A DNA stretch of 35,993 nt from Promethearchaeota archaeon. Lineage in GTDB: Archaea; Asgardarchaeota; Lokiarchaeia; Sigyniarchaeales; SOKP01. The translations under genes were made by a program, and so were the position numbers. Shown piece by piece: positions 8,294 through 17,038 of the stretch; within the stretch, counting starts at the first letter, position 1, and every line of letters begins with the position of its first letter. The notes under the pieces are model-generated. The model was not told where the DNA came from and searched no databases. It saw only the letters and a list, made by a program, of their open reading frames with translations. The stretch lies in the NCBI GenBank assembly GCA_016926735.1, contig JAFGOA010000021.1:1-35993 (forward strand). The letters run 5' to 3'.

Positions 8294-9868
8294 ATATCTA
8301 AAAATGAATTTAAAATATCAATAGGCAATAATAATATCGCTATAAAAGATAAATATACGATTATTTCTGGAAATATTGATAAAAATAATTTTAATTCTTC
8401 TAATGATAATAATCTTTTTCAAACTTATGATAAATTTGATAATCTTTCTTTAGATGGTTTTCTTTCAATTATTAGTCAATTTGAAAAAACATTTAAAAAA
8501 TTAGAGAAGTATAGTGAAATGCTATCTTTTTTAAAAATATTCAGAAAGGTTTCCAATAACAATATTTCAATTCTTGATGATATTATAAATTTAATAGAAT
8601 CCACATACACATATTCAAATACTATTCTCTTAAAAAATGAGATCAGATCACTCCAAGAGGAATTAGAATTATCAACTATTAGAGATAAATCAAGTTTATT
8701 ATCCGCAAAAACTGATTTTATTCATAAAATGGAATTAAATATTGAAAAAAACAGTGAAAAATTATCCTTTTTAGAAGAGGATTATCAAAAAATAAAAAAA
8801 AAGAAAGATAAAATTGAGAAAAAGATCCAGAAGTATAAAGAAGATGTTAAAGAGCTTTCACAAAAAAAAAAAGATAAATTTGATGTAATTAATAAAATTA
8901 CACGAAATATGGAAGATCCAGATAATAAAAGTAATGAAATATTAATTGAAGCAAATCTTTCAAATTCAGAAATGATTAAAAAACTTAGAATTGAAGCAAA
9001 AGAAATCCATAACCAAATTAATCAGACTAAATTAGATTTAAATGAATCAAATGAAGAATTAAAAAAAATAGCGCCAAAATATAATCTCTATAAAAAAGAT
9101 TATGATGATCTTAGTTCAATTATACAAAAAGAAAGCATAAAATTAAAGGAAACTAAAATTGAAATCGATAAAGAAACATCTGATAATATCAAAACAGATA
9201 CGGGAAAAATAAATCAGTTTGGAAAAATTAGATCTTCTGATACCATAAAAAGAGATTTAAATGAGAAACAAAGAGCTTTAAATCAGATAAATCTTTTTAA
9301 AAATTCTTTAAAAGTAAAGGCTAAAGAAGACTTTTCAGGATTAAGAAAAAAAATATCTGATATTACGACATTTATCAATAAAAATCAAGAAAAAATCATA
9401 TTTTTTCCGAATGAAGGTGATATAATTTCAAGTATTGAAAATTTCAGGGATTTGGAATTATTGACAATTAAAGTAGAGGATCAATTAAATCAATTTCTTC
9501 TGACAATTAATCTAAAAGCTGAATTAAAAATAAAATTAGAAACAAAAGAATTCTTTATCCAAATATCATTTATCCGAAATAATAAAGAAATTGTTAAATT
9601 TGAGAATTTGACAACACCAGAAAAAGTCTTTTTTGTTATAATGTTCTATATTTCTATGAAGATCATTCTTAAATTTAAGAATATTATTTTTTCAAATCTA
9701 TTTATTCATCAAAATTATAATAAAAGAGGATCTCTATTTAGGACAATAGAAAAAATAATCCCGATATTTAAAACTAACAAACAATTGGCAGATAAAAATC
9801 TTATTTTTATTATATCCAATTTTGAGATGAATAGATCAATTAGTAATGTAAAATTAATAAAAATTTAA
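8294..9868 (+). CDS. Degenerate SMC/Rad50-like coiled-coil protein with ATPase motifs eroded; probable non-canonical ATA start at 8294 (ORF track ATG at 8519)
   Basis: The frame is open from 8288. The extension encodes KDKYTIISGNIDK at the Walker A position. There is a long central coiled coil. The C-terminal FENLTTPEKVFFVIMFYISM...NIIFSNL occupies the LSGGEK...hhhhDE positions. Confidence 0.65.
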   Translation: MSKNEFKISIGNNNIAIKDKYTIISGNIDKNNFNSSNDNNLFQTYDKFDNLSLDGFLSIISQFEKTFKKLEKYSEMLSFLKIFRKVSNNNISILDDIINLIESTYTYSNTILLKNEIRSLQEELELSTIRDKSSLLSAKTDFIHKMELNIEKNSEKLSFLEEDYQKIKKKKDKIEKKIQKYKEDVKELSQKKKDKFDVINKITRNMEDPDNKSNEILIEANLSNSEMIKKLRIEAKEIHNQINQTKLDLNESNEELKKIAPKYNLYKKDYDDLSSIIQKESIKLKETKIEIDKETSDNIKTDTGKINQFGKIRSSDTIKRDLNEKQRALNQINLFKNSLKVKAKEDFSGLRKKISDITTFINKNQEKIIFFPNEGDIISSIENFRDLELLTIKVEDQLNQFLLTINLKAELKIKLETKEFFIQISFIRNNKEIVKFENLTTPEKVFFVIMFYISMKIILKFKNIIFSNLFIHQNYNKRGSLFRTIEKIIPIFKTNKQLADKNLIFIISNFEMNRSISNVKLIKI

Positions 9869-9887
9869 AAATTAGGTATTATATAAA

Positions 9888-10394
9888 ATGTCAAGTGAAA
9901 TAAATCAACAAGATATTACGAAAATAACCAAAATAATTCTAACTAATAAACAAAAGATAATTCGAGAAGAAGATTTACAAAATTTAGTTGATAGTTCATA
10001 TGAATTCAATGAAGTTATTAATATTATATATGCTAATCTAAAAGAAGTAGGATTTGAACTTATAACAACTACTTTTTTGGATCAGAAATATTATATTTTG
10101 ACATCGGATGGGAAAGATGATAATATCACCCCAAGTCAATACGGTATTATAGCTGTTTTATTTGCATTAAGTAAAGAAATTGATGAAAATCTAAAATTGA
10201 ATGATATTAAAGATATATTCTCACAAGTATGGGATTCCGATGTAAAGTATTTAATAGAAAATGATTATCTACGAAAACAATCAATTGACAATTTAGAAAT
10301 TATCAAAATAACTCCTTTAGGTAAAGCACTATTGAAAAATATACATAAAGATCTCCAATTAAAAAATCTTATTGATATTTTTAAAAAAGAATAA
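9888..10394 (+). CDS. Tandem winged-helix protein, kite-like (MAGE/Nse3/Nse1/MksE/ScpB class)
   Basis: FNEVINIIYANLKEVGFEL...YYIL, TPSQYGIIAVLFAL and W...YLIENDYL...ITPLGKALL patterns. Lies directly downstream of the SMC-like gene. Confidence 0.6.
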   Translation: MSSEINQQDITKITKIILTNKQKIIREEDLQNLVDSSYEFNEVINIIYANLKEVGFELITTTFLDQKYYILTSDGKDDNITPSQYGIIAVLFALSKEIDENLKLNDIKDIFSQVWDSDVKYLIENDYLRKQSIDNLEIIKITPLGKALLKNIHKDLQLKNLIDIFKKE

Positions 10395-10414
10395 GGAGAA
10401 TTAAAAAAGAAAAC

Positions 10415-10831
10415 TTATTCTAAATCTAATTTAAATTGTTCAAAAATCTTTTTTACTCTTTCTGCGGATGGTCCTTCCCCTCTAACACCATTTTCATCGA
10501 CTAGAATTTTACCGTTTAGTATTGAAATTAAATTTTGATCTTCTTTATAAGAAACATGCCCCTTAGAAAAAATAGTAGCTATTCTATCAGCTAGGGCTTC
10601 CATAGGAAAAGGTTCATCTTCTATAGTCATATAACTATAAAAAGAATTTTGGATCAAAATCGTGGGATATGGTTTATTTCTATTATCTTTAACATTTGAA
10701 AGAATTAAGTTTGAATTTTCAGATACACCCTTTAATAATCCTACAAAATATTTTTCATTGTCAATATATACTTTTACAGTCTTATCAATTAATTTTTGTA
10801 ATTCTGTATTATACTCTCTGCCAATAGACAT
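10415..10831 (-). CDS. Sm-like (Lsm) protein with C-terminal domain, SmAP3 type
   Basis: Sm1 motif LIDKTVKVYI...FVGLLKGV...NLILSNV. C-terminal domain ends ILVDENGVRGEGPSAERVKKIFEQF. Confidence 0.85.
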   Translation of the reverse strand: MSIGREYNTELQKLIDKTVKVYIDNEKYFVGLLKGVSENSNLILSNVKDNRNKPYPTILIQNSFYSYMTIEDEPFPMEALADRIATIFSKGHVSYKEDQNLISILNGKILVDENGVRGEGPSAERVKKIFEQFKLDLE

Positions 10832-10876
10832 GATATATCATTTTATTTTTTTTGTAAGTATATAAAGAGTTATCAG

Positions 10877-11548
10877 CTAATGAATTTTTTCTTCTATTAG
10901 ATTGGTTAAAAGTTCTTCTATATTTGTTTCTGTCTTAGTGCTTGTTATAAATATTTTTATATTTGGATTAATTTTTTTTGCATCATCAATCATATTTTCA
11001 ATATCTATATCCAAAATATCTAAAAGGTCTATTTTATTTATTATTGCAATATCAGACATTTTAAAAAGAAGAGGATGTTTTTTGATTACCCATTCTCCTT
11101 CTGTGATCGATACTACAACAATTCTTTTGTCTGCTCCTAATATAAAATCAGAAGGACAAATTAAATTACCGACATTTTCTATAAAAATATACTTATATCT
11201 ATCTAAATTTACATGCTTAAGAACTTGGGATATATGATAGGCATTTAGAGCGCATTCTCTTCCTGTATTAATTTGAATTGTTCTTACACCATATTTTTCA
11301 ATTCTATTTGCATCTATTCTAGTAGCTATATCCCCATTTATTACTAAAATATCTTCTTTTTTTGAAAGTTGATTTATTATAGATTCTAATATTGAAGTCT
11401 TTCCCGCTCCTATAGCCCCTACTATCTCAAATGATTTTATTTTTTTTTCACTAAAAAGTTTATTGTTATGAGCCGCAATAATATCATTATTTCTGATTAA
11501 ATCTTCATTTAATTCGATAATCCGAGAGATTTTTCCCTTTTTTGACAT
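10877..11548 (-). CDS. hypB: Hydrogenase nickel-insertion GTPase HypB
   Basis: GAIGAGKT, GDIATRIDA, QINTG, IENVGNLICP, SITEG and NKID motifs. Confidence 0.9.
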   Translation of the reverse strand: MSKKGKISRIIELNEDLIRNNDIIAAHNNKLFSEKKIKSFEIVGAIGAGKTSILESIINQLSKKEDILVINGDIATRIDANRIEKYGVRTIQINTGRECALNAYHISQVLKHVNLDRYKYIFIENVGNLICPSDFILGADKRIVVVSITEGEWVIKKHPLLFKMSDIAIINKIDLLDILDIDIENMIDDAKKINPNIKIFITSTKTETNIEELLTNLIEEKIH

Positions 11549-11659
11549 ATTCTATAATAAAATATTCTTAAAACTGTTTTTTAGAAATTTAGAAGGTTTG
11601 AATAAAGTGTATAATTATGTATCATTGAAAATAATTATTATTTTTATAGAAGGTAATAA

Positions 11660-12577
11660 TTATCTTATTTTTCTAAATTTATATTTAAATATTATATATG
11701 ATCCTAACAATCCACCTAAATCAGGAAGATAAGCAACTATATAATACAAATCAATAAATATCATAAAAAATCCTGGAAGCAGAACTAAAAGGACTATTAA
11801 CAATAACATAATCTTCCCTTTCATTCTAACAGGGACAAACATAATTAACATTGTCATTTCAGTATTCATACTAAAGAAAATCAAAAATGATATTATTCCT
11901 ATAACTCCTCCAAATGCAAGCCCAATAGGGAGTATTGGTAAGTCTGGAGTTGTGAGATAAAAAGGAAGCCAAAGTAAAATATATAATAATCCTGAGAAAA
12001 AAGCAGATATTAGATATAATTTTAGTAAAAAAATACCTCCAAATCGCATCTCAATAATTCTGACAGTGTTATAAAAAAATAATATAAAGAAAAATAAGAT
12101 AAATATTCCTAAAAAATCTCCTGTATAATAAACAAAGGATGAAGTAAAAAAAGTCCAGATATAATAATTTAAAAAGCTAAATGAACTAAGACAAAGTGCT
12201 AGTGTAAAATCATCACGAATAATAGCCGCAATAGATAATATTAAAATACTAAGGATAAGATAAGTTGAGACATTTGAAGTAGGAGATTCTCTAATATGCC
12301 TCTCATAAATCTTACTAGCTCTTCTTTTCTTCTTTTCTTCTTTTTTTAAAAATTTGTTCATTTTCTTTTCTTCATTGGAAGCTGAATATTTTATTGATTT
12401 TTCATCAATATCCTTTCTTCTTTTTCTTTGAGATATTGATGATGGTATATGTTTTATTTCAAATGTACAATTATGATTCTCTGGAAGTCTATGATCCTTA
12501 CAAAAAGTTCCTCCACAATATTTGCACTTAAACGGGAGATACCCCATTTCTTCATTACAATGATCGCAATATGGCAC
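11660..12577 (-). CDS. AN1-type zinc finger fused to a rhomboid-like membrane domain, catalytic residues absent
   Basis: CDHC...[24 protein letters not shown] (AN1). [16 protein letters not shown]...LYLIS, FVPVRMK and LGGLLG rhomboid landmarks. GTG at 12577 is preferred because it parallels MPYC in the neighbouring gene. Confidence 0.8.
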   Translation of the reverse strand: MPYCDHCNEEMGYLPFKCKYCGGTFCKDHRLPENHNCTFEIKHIPSSISQRKRRKDIDEKSIKYSASNEEKKMNKFLKKEEKKKRRASKIYERHIRESPTSNVSTYLILSILILSIAAIIRDDFTLALCLSSFSFLNYYIWTFFTSSFVYYTGDFLGIFILFFFILFFYNTVRIIEMRFGGIFLLKLYLISAFFSGLLYILLWLPFYLTTPDLPILPIGLAFGGVIGIISFLIFFSMNTEMTMLIMFVPVRMKGKIMLLLIVLLVLLPGFFMIFIDLYYIVAYLPDLGGLLGSYIIFKYKFRKIR

Positions 12578-12746
12578 TTTTTTTACCTTTAATCTTGCTT
12601 TTATAATCAATAAGAAATATATTATAAGTTTATAAATTGAAACTATAATTTAAAATAACTCCTTAGTAATTAAAGTTATGATTGAAAATTATATATAAAA
12701 AAAAGAACTATTTCATAAAAGAAAAAAAAATAATTTGTTGTTATTC

Positions 12747-13742
12747 TTAAATATAATAAGGATTAATATTGGGTGGTAGGTAAATACAAATATAATTTAT
12801 AGAAATTAAAATTATCATTGTTATAACTAAAGAAAAATATACTTTCTTATTCCATTTAAATATATTTTCTCCATCTAATATTCCTATAGGAATTAAATTA
12901 AATAATCCCAACATAAAGTTTAAAGAGGCTGCTTGAGCTATAAAAAAATTTATAGGATAAATTGGAACTAAAAAGGATAAAATCAATAATATCGATCCAT
13001 AGACTAAATTCACCAATGGACCCGCTGATTTGCATAACCCTGTTTTTCTATCAATTTTATCTAATCCTAAAACCACAACCGCACCTGGCAAGGCTAAAGA
13101 GGGTAATGCTTGAGATCCTGTTACCATAGAAGTAATTCCCATAATTAAACCAAATATGGTTATTATCATTCCAAATTTTAACAATCTAAACTTAGTTTGA
13201 AGACCAAAATGAACAGCAACTTGACGATGCCCTAATTCATGAAAAAAAAAAGCTGTTGTATAAAATCCTGCTAACATAAATACTATCCAACCGTAACCTA
13301 AAGAGATTAACTGAGTTTGCTGTTCTGGTTGATAAAAACTAATTAAACCTATAATGTAGATTAATACACAACCAATTAGAAGGTGAATAAATTCCGATTG
13401 ATAGGGAAATAATATTCCTTTAAATTCTATTCCGGAATTAGGATCAAATGCATTCTCAGGAATATTAGATTCTCTCCTATACCAAGTAAAACTTCCATCA
13501 CTTCTAGCTTCTGTTGTATTTGATGTTATATTTGAAGATCTTGAAGGTTGTTGTGAAAAATCATTAGGTGAAGTTATATTTGATATAGGATTAATTTGAG
13601 CATTATTCATTTCCAATGTTTCTTTTACAATATTACATTCATGGTCTATTGATTCTTTATGTAGATAACAATAAGATTGCCTGCAAGTACTGCAATAATA
13701 CAGATTTTCAGACTCATTACCGCAATGATAACAATATGGCAT
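12747..13742 (-). CDS. AN1-like zinc finger fused to an M50 (site-2 protease family) intramembrane metalloprotease
   Basis: CYHC...CSTCRQSYCYLH...HEC, HELGH, AGPLVN and FNLIPIGILDG. Confidence 0.85.
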   Translation of the reverse strand: MPYCYHCGNESENLYYCSTCRQSYCYLHKESIDHECNIVKETLEMNNAQINPISNITSPNDFSQQPSRSSNITSNTTEARSDGSFTWYRRESNIPENAFDPNSGIEFKGILFPYQSEFIHLLIGCVLIYIIGLISFYQPEQQTQLISLGYGWIVFMLAGFYTTAFFFHELGHRQVAVHFGLQTKFRLLKFGMIITIFGLIMGITSMVTGSQALPSLALPGAVVVLGLDKIDRKTGLCKSAGPLVNLVYGSILLILSFLVPIYPINFFIAQAASLNFMLGLFNLIPIGILDGENIFKWNKKVYFSLVITMIILISINYICIYLPPNINPYYI

Positions 13743-13917
13743 ATAATTAACAACTCTGACTTTTTTTGAAATTAAACATTATTAAATATAAAATTTTATC
13801 TATTAATAGATAAAAGTCATAAAAAACTAATATATAATATATTTATTGATTTAGAAAATGTTTAATTTTAAAAAAAGATATAATTGTCTAAGAAATATAT
13901 AAGTTTAGAACTCCGTT

Positions 13918-15540
13918 ATGACAAGTACACCCACATCTGTTAGAGATGGTCCATACTCTACAAACACCCTTGTATCGAAAAAATTCTTAATTATTTATAT
14001 TATAAATATTTGGATAAGTTTTTATCTCCTTCTAATAGAGTTTATATTATTTTGGAAATTGAGTGAAGTAAATATGATTGTATTCTTTTTATTTTTTCCA
14101 ATAGAAATTCTATTTGGATACTATACTATTATTTTTTCTTCTTTCTTAATCTCGAAATTATTAATGATATTAATTAATTTACTTCATAAACCAAAAGAAG
14201 GGATTTTTAGAAGAGAAAAATCTGATAAAGATTATTATTATTGGAGTTTGCGTGCAGTTATAAAAAAATGGCCTATCTGGATTTTAACCTTTATTCCATC
14301 ATCCTTATTAAACAATCTTTTTTTAACGTTATTTGGTGTAAAAACTTCTTTATCTAATAGTCTTAATCATGTTAATATTGATACTGAATTTATCGAATTA
14401 GGAAGCAAAATCCATATCGGTAAAGGTGCTTTTATAAAATCAAGTTTGATTTTTAAAGATTATCTAATCATAAAAAAGATAATTATTGAAGATAATGTTA
14501 ATATTGCCCCTCATTCATATATATCCCCAGGAACAATAATAAAGAATAATACTGTTATAAATACTCTTTCTGTAACAAAATTAGATCAATTATTAGAACC
14601 TAATTCTATATATTCTGGATATCCCGCAGAAAAGATTGGAAGTAAGGAAAAAAGCACTCTCAGTCAAATAAATATTGATATAATCCTTAAAGAAAAAAAT
14701 ATTAAGACAAATAATAGAATAGAATTGGAAAGAAAAGGGAAGATTCCTGAAAATAAGTTTATCAAAAAAATCCCAACTTATATTGGTATTTTTGCACTTG
14801 TATATTTTTGCTCTTATGCTTTTGTATTTTATGGACTTTATCTTTATTTTACAAAAATTTTCTTTCCATTTGTTTTGAATTCTCCATCATATTCTACTTT
14901 AATATTTACCAATATTTCTATAATTATACTTGTATTTACACCTATAATTATTCTTGGATTTCATATTTTAAATATTCTCTTTATGGTTTTAATTACAAAA
15001 GCTCTTTATAATATCATGAGTAAAATGATTAAACCAAAAGAAGGAGTTTTTCATTGGTCAAAAAAAACGATAGATTATGATTTTTATTTTCTTAGATCCT
15101 TTTTACTTCGATATGCTAAATGGAAGATTCAGAGAAGTCCGTATCCTTGGCTTATTAAATCTGTTTTTAATTTCATTGGAAGTTGTTCAATTGGAAAAGG
15201 GACTGTTATAGAAGATCCATATTTATCAAAAGAATTCATAAATATCGGTGAAAATACATATATTGGCAAAATACTCCTTACTAATCAACTATGGGATACA
15301 GCCTTAACTATAAAAGGAGTAAAAGTTGGAGAAAATGTTGTTATTAATGATGGATGTTGTATTGCTCCAGGTAATAATATTGAAAAAAACGTTACTATTC
15401 TCCCTCTTTCAATAACTTCAAAATACGATTGTTTAGAATATGGTGGAATTTACTATAATGCACCTATTAAATTAATAAAAAATCAAGAAGATTTAATTAA
15501 AATTTTAAATATAAAGATAGACAATAACAATAAATTATAA
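13918..15540 (+). CDS. Membrane protein with two [TM hairpin + left-handed beta-helix hexapeptide] units, acyltransferase-like
   Basis: Duplicated KPKEG(I/V)F...DY.(Y/F)..LR...KW...P unit followed by EFI.(L/I)G..IG hexapeptide repeats and a terminal G/N-x-P-x-K segment. Confidence 0.75.
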   Translation: MTSTPTSVRDGPYSTNTLVSKKFLIIYIINIWISFYLLLIEFILFWKLSEVNMIVFFLFFPIEILFGYYTIIFSSFLISKLLMILINLLHKPKEGIFRREKSDKDYYYWSLRAVIKKWPIWILTFIPSSLLNNLFLTLFGVKTSLSNSLNHVNIDTEFIELGSKIHIGKGAFIKSSLIFKDYLIIKKIIIEDNVNIAPHSYISPGTIIKNNTVINTLSVTKLDQLLEPNSIYSGYPAEKIGSKEKSTLSQINIDIILKEKNIKTNNRIELERKGKIPENKFIKKIPTYIGIFALVYFCSYAFVFYGLYLYFTKIFFPFVLNSPSYSTLIFTNISIIILVFTPIIILGFHILNILFMVLITKALYNIMSKMIKPKEGVFHWSKKTIDYDFYFLRSFLLRYAKWKIQRSPYPWLIKSVFNFIGSCSIGKGTVIEDPYLSKEFINIGENTYIGKILLTNQLWDTALTIKGVKVGENVVINDGCCIAPGNNIEKNVTILPLSITSKYDCLEYGGIYYNAPIKLIKNQEDLIKILNIKIDNNNKL

Positions 15541-15543
15541 AAA

Positions 15544-16299
15544 TTGATAAAAATGGATAATTCTGAGATAATAATAACTGGAAATAATCTTAGAGAAAAT
15601 AGATTCTTTATTTTAAAATTTTTGATAATGTGGCCAGCAATATTATTCACAATCTGTACAATATTACCATTTATAGAAATAACTATTCATTATTTTAATT
15701 TATTAACTATAATCCTTGTTCTTCCATTTGTAATGATAGTATATTTTATGGCGTTCATTATATCAATGGTTTTTTTTTCTAAATTATATTTAATTCTATT
15801 TAATCTAATACAAAAGCCAAAGGAAGGATTTTTTAAAATATCTGTCTATAATAAAGATTATTATTTTTATTATCTCAGAAAAGTATTAAAAGAATTTGTT
15901 ATAAAGATTTTTGATTATTTTCCTCTTCCTTGGTCAAAATTATTACCTTTAAAATTATTCAATATAAAAATTCCTAGCAGTGCAGGAGTACTGGATAGTT
16001 ATATTGATTCTGAATTTATTGAATTTGGTGAAGAAGCTATATTAGGAGAAGGATCGATTGTCATGAGTTCTATAATAATTGGTGATAAATTATTAGTAAA
16101 AAAAACAATTATCGAAGATCGAGTAACAATTGGAGCATACAGTGTTGTAGCACCAGGAACGATAGCTGAAGAAGGGTCTATTTTGGGTATGGGTAGTTAT
16201 ACAAATATAAACCAGCGTCTTGAAAAAAATTGGATATATGTAGGACGACCTGCTAAAAAATTAAAACAAATCATTGATGATTTTAGTAGAAAAGAATAA
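15544..16299 (+). CDS. Membrane protein with one [TM hairpin + left-handed beta-helix] unit, paralogue of the upstream gene
   Basis: KPKEGFF...DYYFYYLR, DSEFIEFG, VTIGAYSVVAPGT and YVGRPAKK. Confidence 0.8.
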   Translation: MIKMDNSEIIITGNNLRENRFFILKFLIMWPAILFTICTILPFIEITIHYFNLLTIILVLPFVMIVYFMAFIISMVFFSKLYLILFNLIQKPKEGFFKISVYNKDYYFYYLRKVLKEFVIKIFDYFPLPWSKLLPLKLFNIKIPSSAGVLDSYIDSEFIEFGEEAILGEGSIVMSSIIIGDKLLVKKTIIEDRVTIGAYSVVAPGTIAEEGSILGMGSYTNINQRLEKNWIYVGRPAKKLKQIIDDFSRKE

Positions 16300-16396
16300 G
16301 TATTATATTATTAAGAACAAAATATTTGTTTAATAAATTATAAAGTTTTTTTAGCCATAAAGATCTAATCTAATTATTATTAAAGTTGATGTATGA

Positions 16397-16621
16397 GTGG
16401 ATAAAAAAGTGTTTTGTAATACATGTGAACGCTATGTAGAATTAAAAAGGAAACAAATTGATCAAAAATATCACGAATTATGGTTTTTCTTTGTTTTTTT
16501 AACTTTTGGATTTGGTTATCTTATTTTTCTAATAGTTAAATATAGAAAAAGAAAGAACTCTTGTCCCTATTGTGAGGATATATTTGATTTAAATAATATC
16601 CAAGAAGGACCAATTGGTTGA
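16397..16621 (+). CDS. Small membrane-associated zinc protein with LITAF-like topology
   Basis: CNTC, then a hydrophobic stretch (LWFFFVFLTFGFGYLIFLIV), then CPYC. Confidence 0.65.
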   Translation: MDKKVFCNTCERYVELKRKQIDQKYHELWFFFVFLTFGFGYLIFLIVKYRKRKNSCPYCEDIFDLNNIQEGPIG

Positions 16622-16623
16622 AT

Positions 16624-16872
16624 TTATAATTCCTTAATTTTCATTTGACTTTTACATCTTGAACATATGATATCTTTTTCTGAAAGAGTAGATTTTAAAA
16701 TAGTCTTTTGATAGTTACAGTTTGATTTTGGACATTTCAATAGGTATTTTTTTAGATTTCCTTTTTTTTTTAAATCCTCAGATTCAAATAGATCTTTCTT
16801 ATTATCTACTTTTTTTGTTATTTCCTTTTTTTTTTGTTTTGAATTAACCCATTTATCTAAACTCAATAACAA
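16624..16872 (-). CDS. Small lysine-rich zinc-ribbon protein
   Basis: CPKSNC...CSRC. AGGAGA lies immediately before the TTG start. Confidence 0.6.
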   Translation of the reverse strand: MLLSLDKWVNSKQKKKEITKKVDNKKDLFESEDLKKKGNLKKYLLKCPKSNCNYQKTILKSTLSEKDIICSRCKSQMKIKEL

Positions 16873-17038
16873 ATCTCCTTTATTGTCAGAATTTTAAAAA
16901 TTGTTCTCATTTTTTATTATAATATAGTAAAAAATAATTATTCCTATAATCCTTAGTATTTTCTATTTTTTATAATATTTATTTTGATTATTATATTAGC
17001 ATAAAAAAAGATAAAAAAAAAAACCGAAAAGATCTAAT

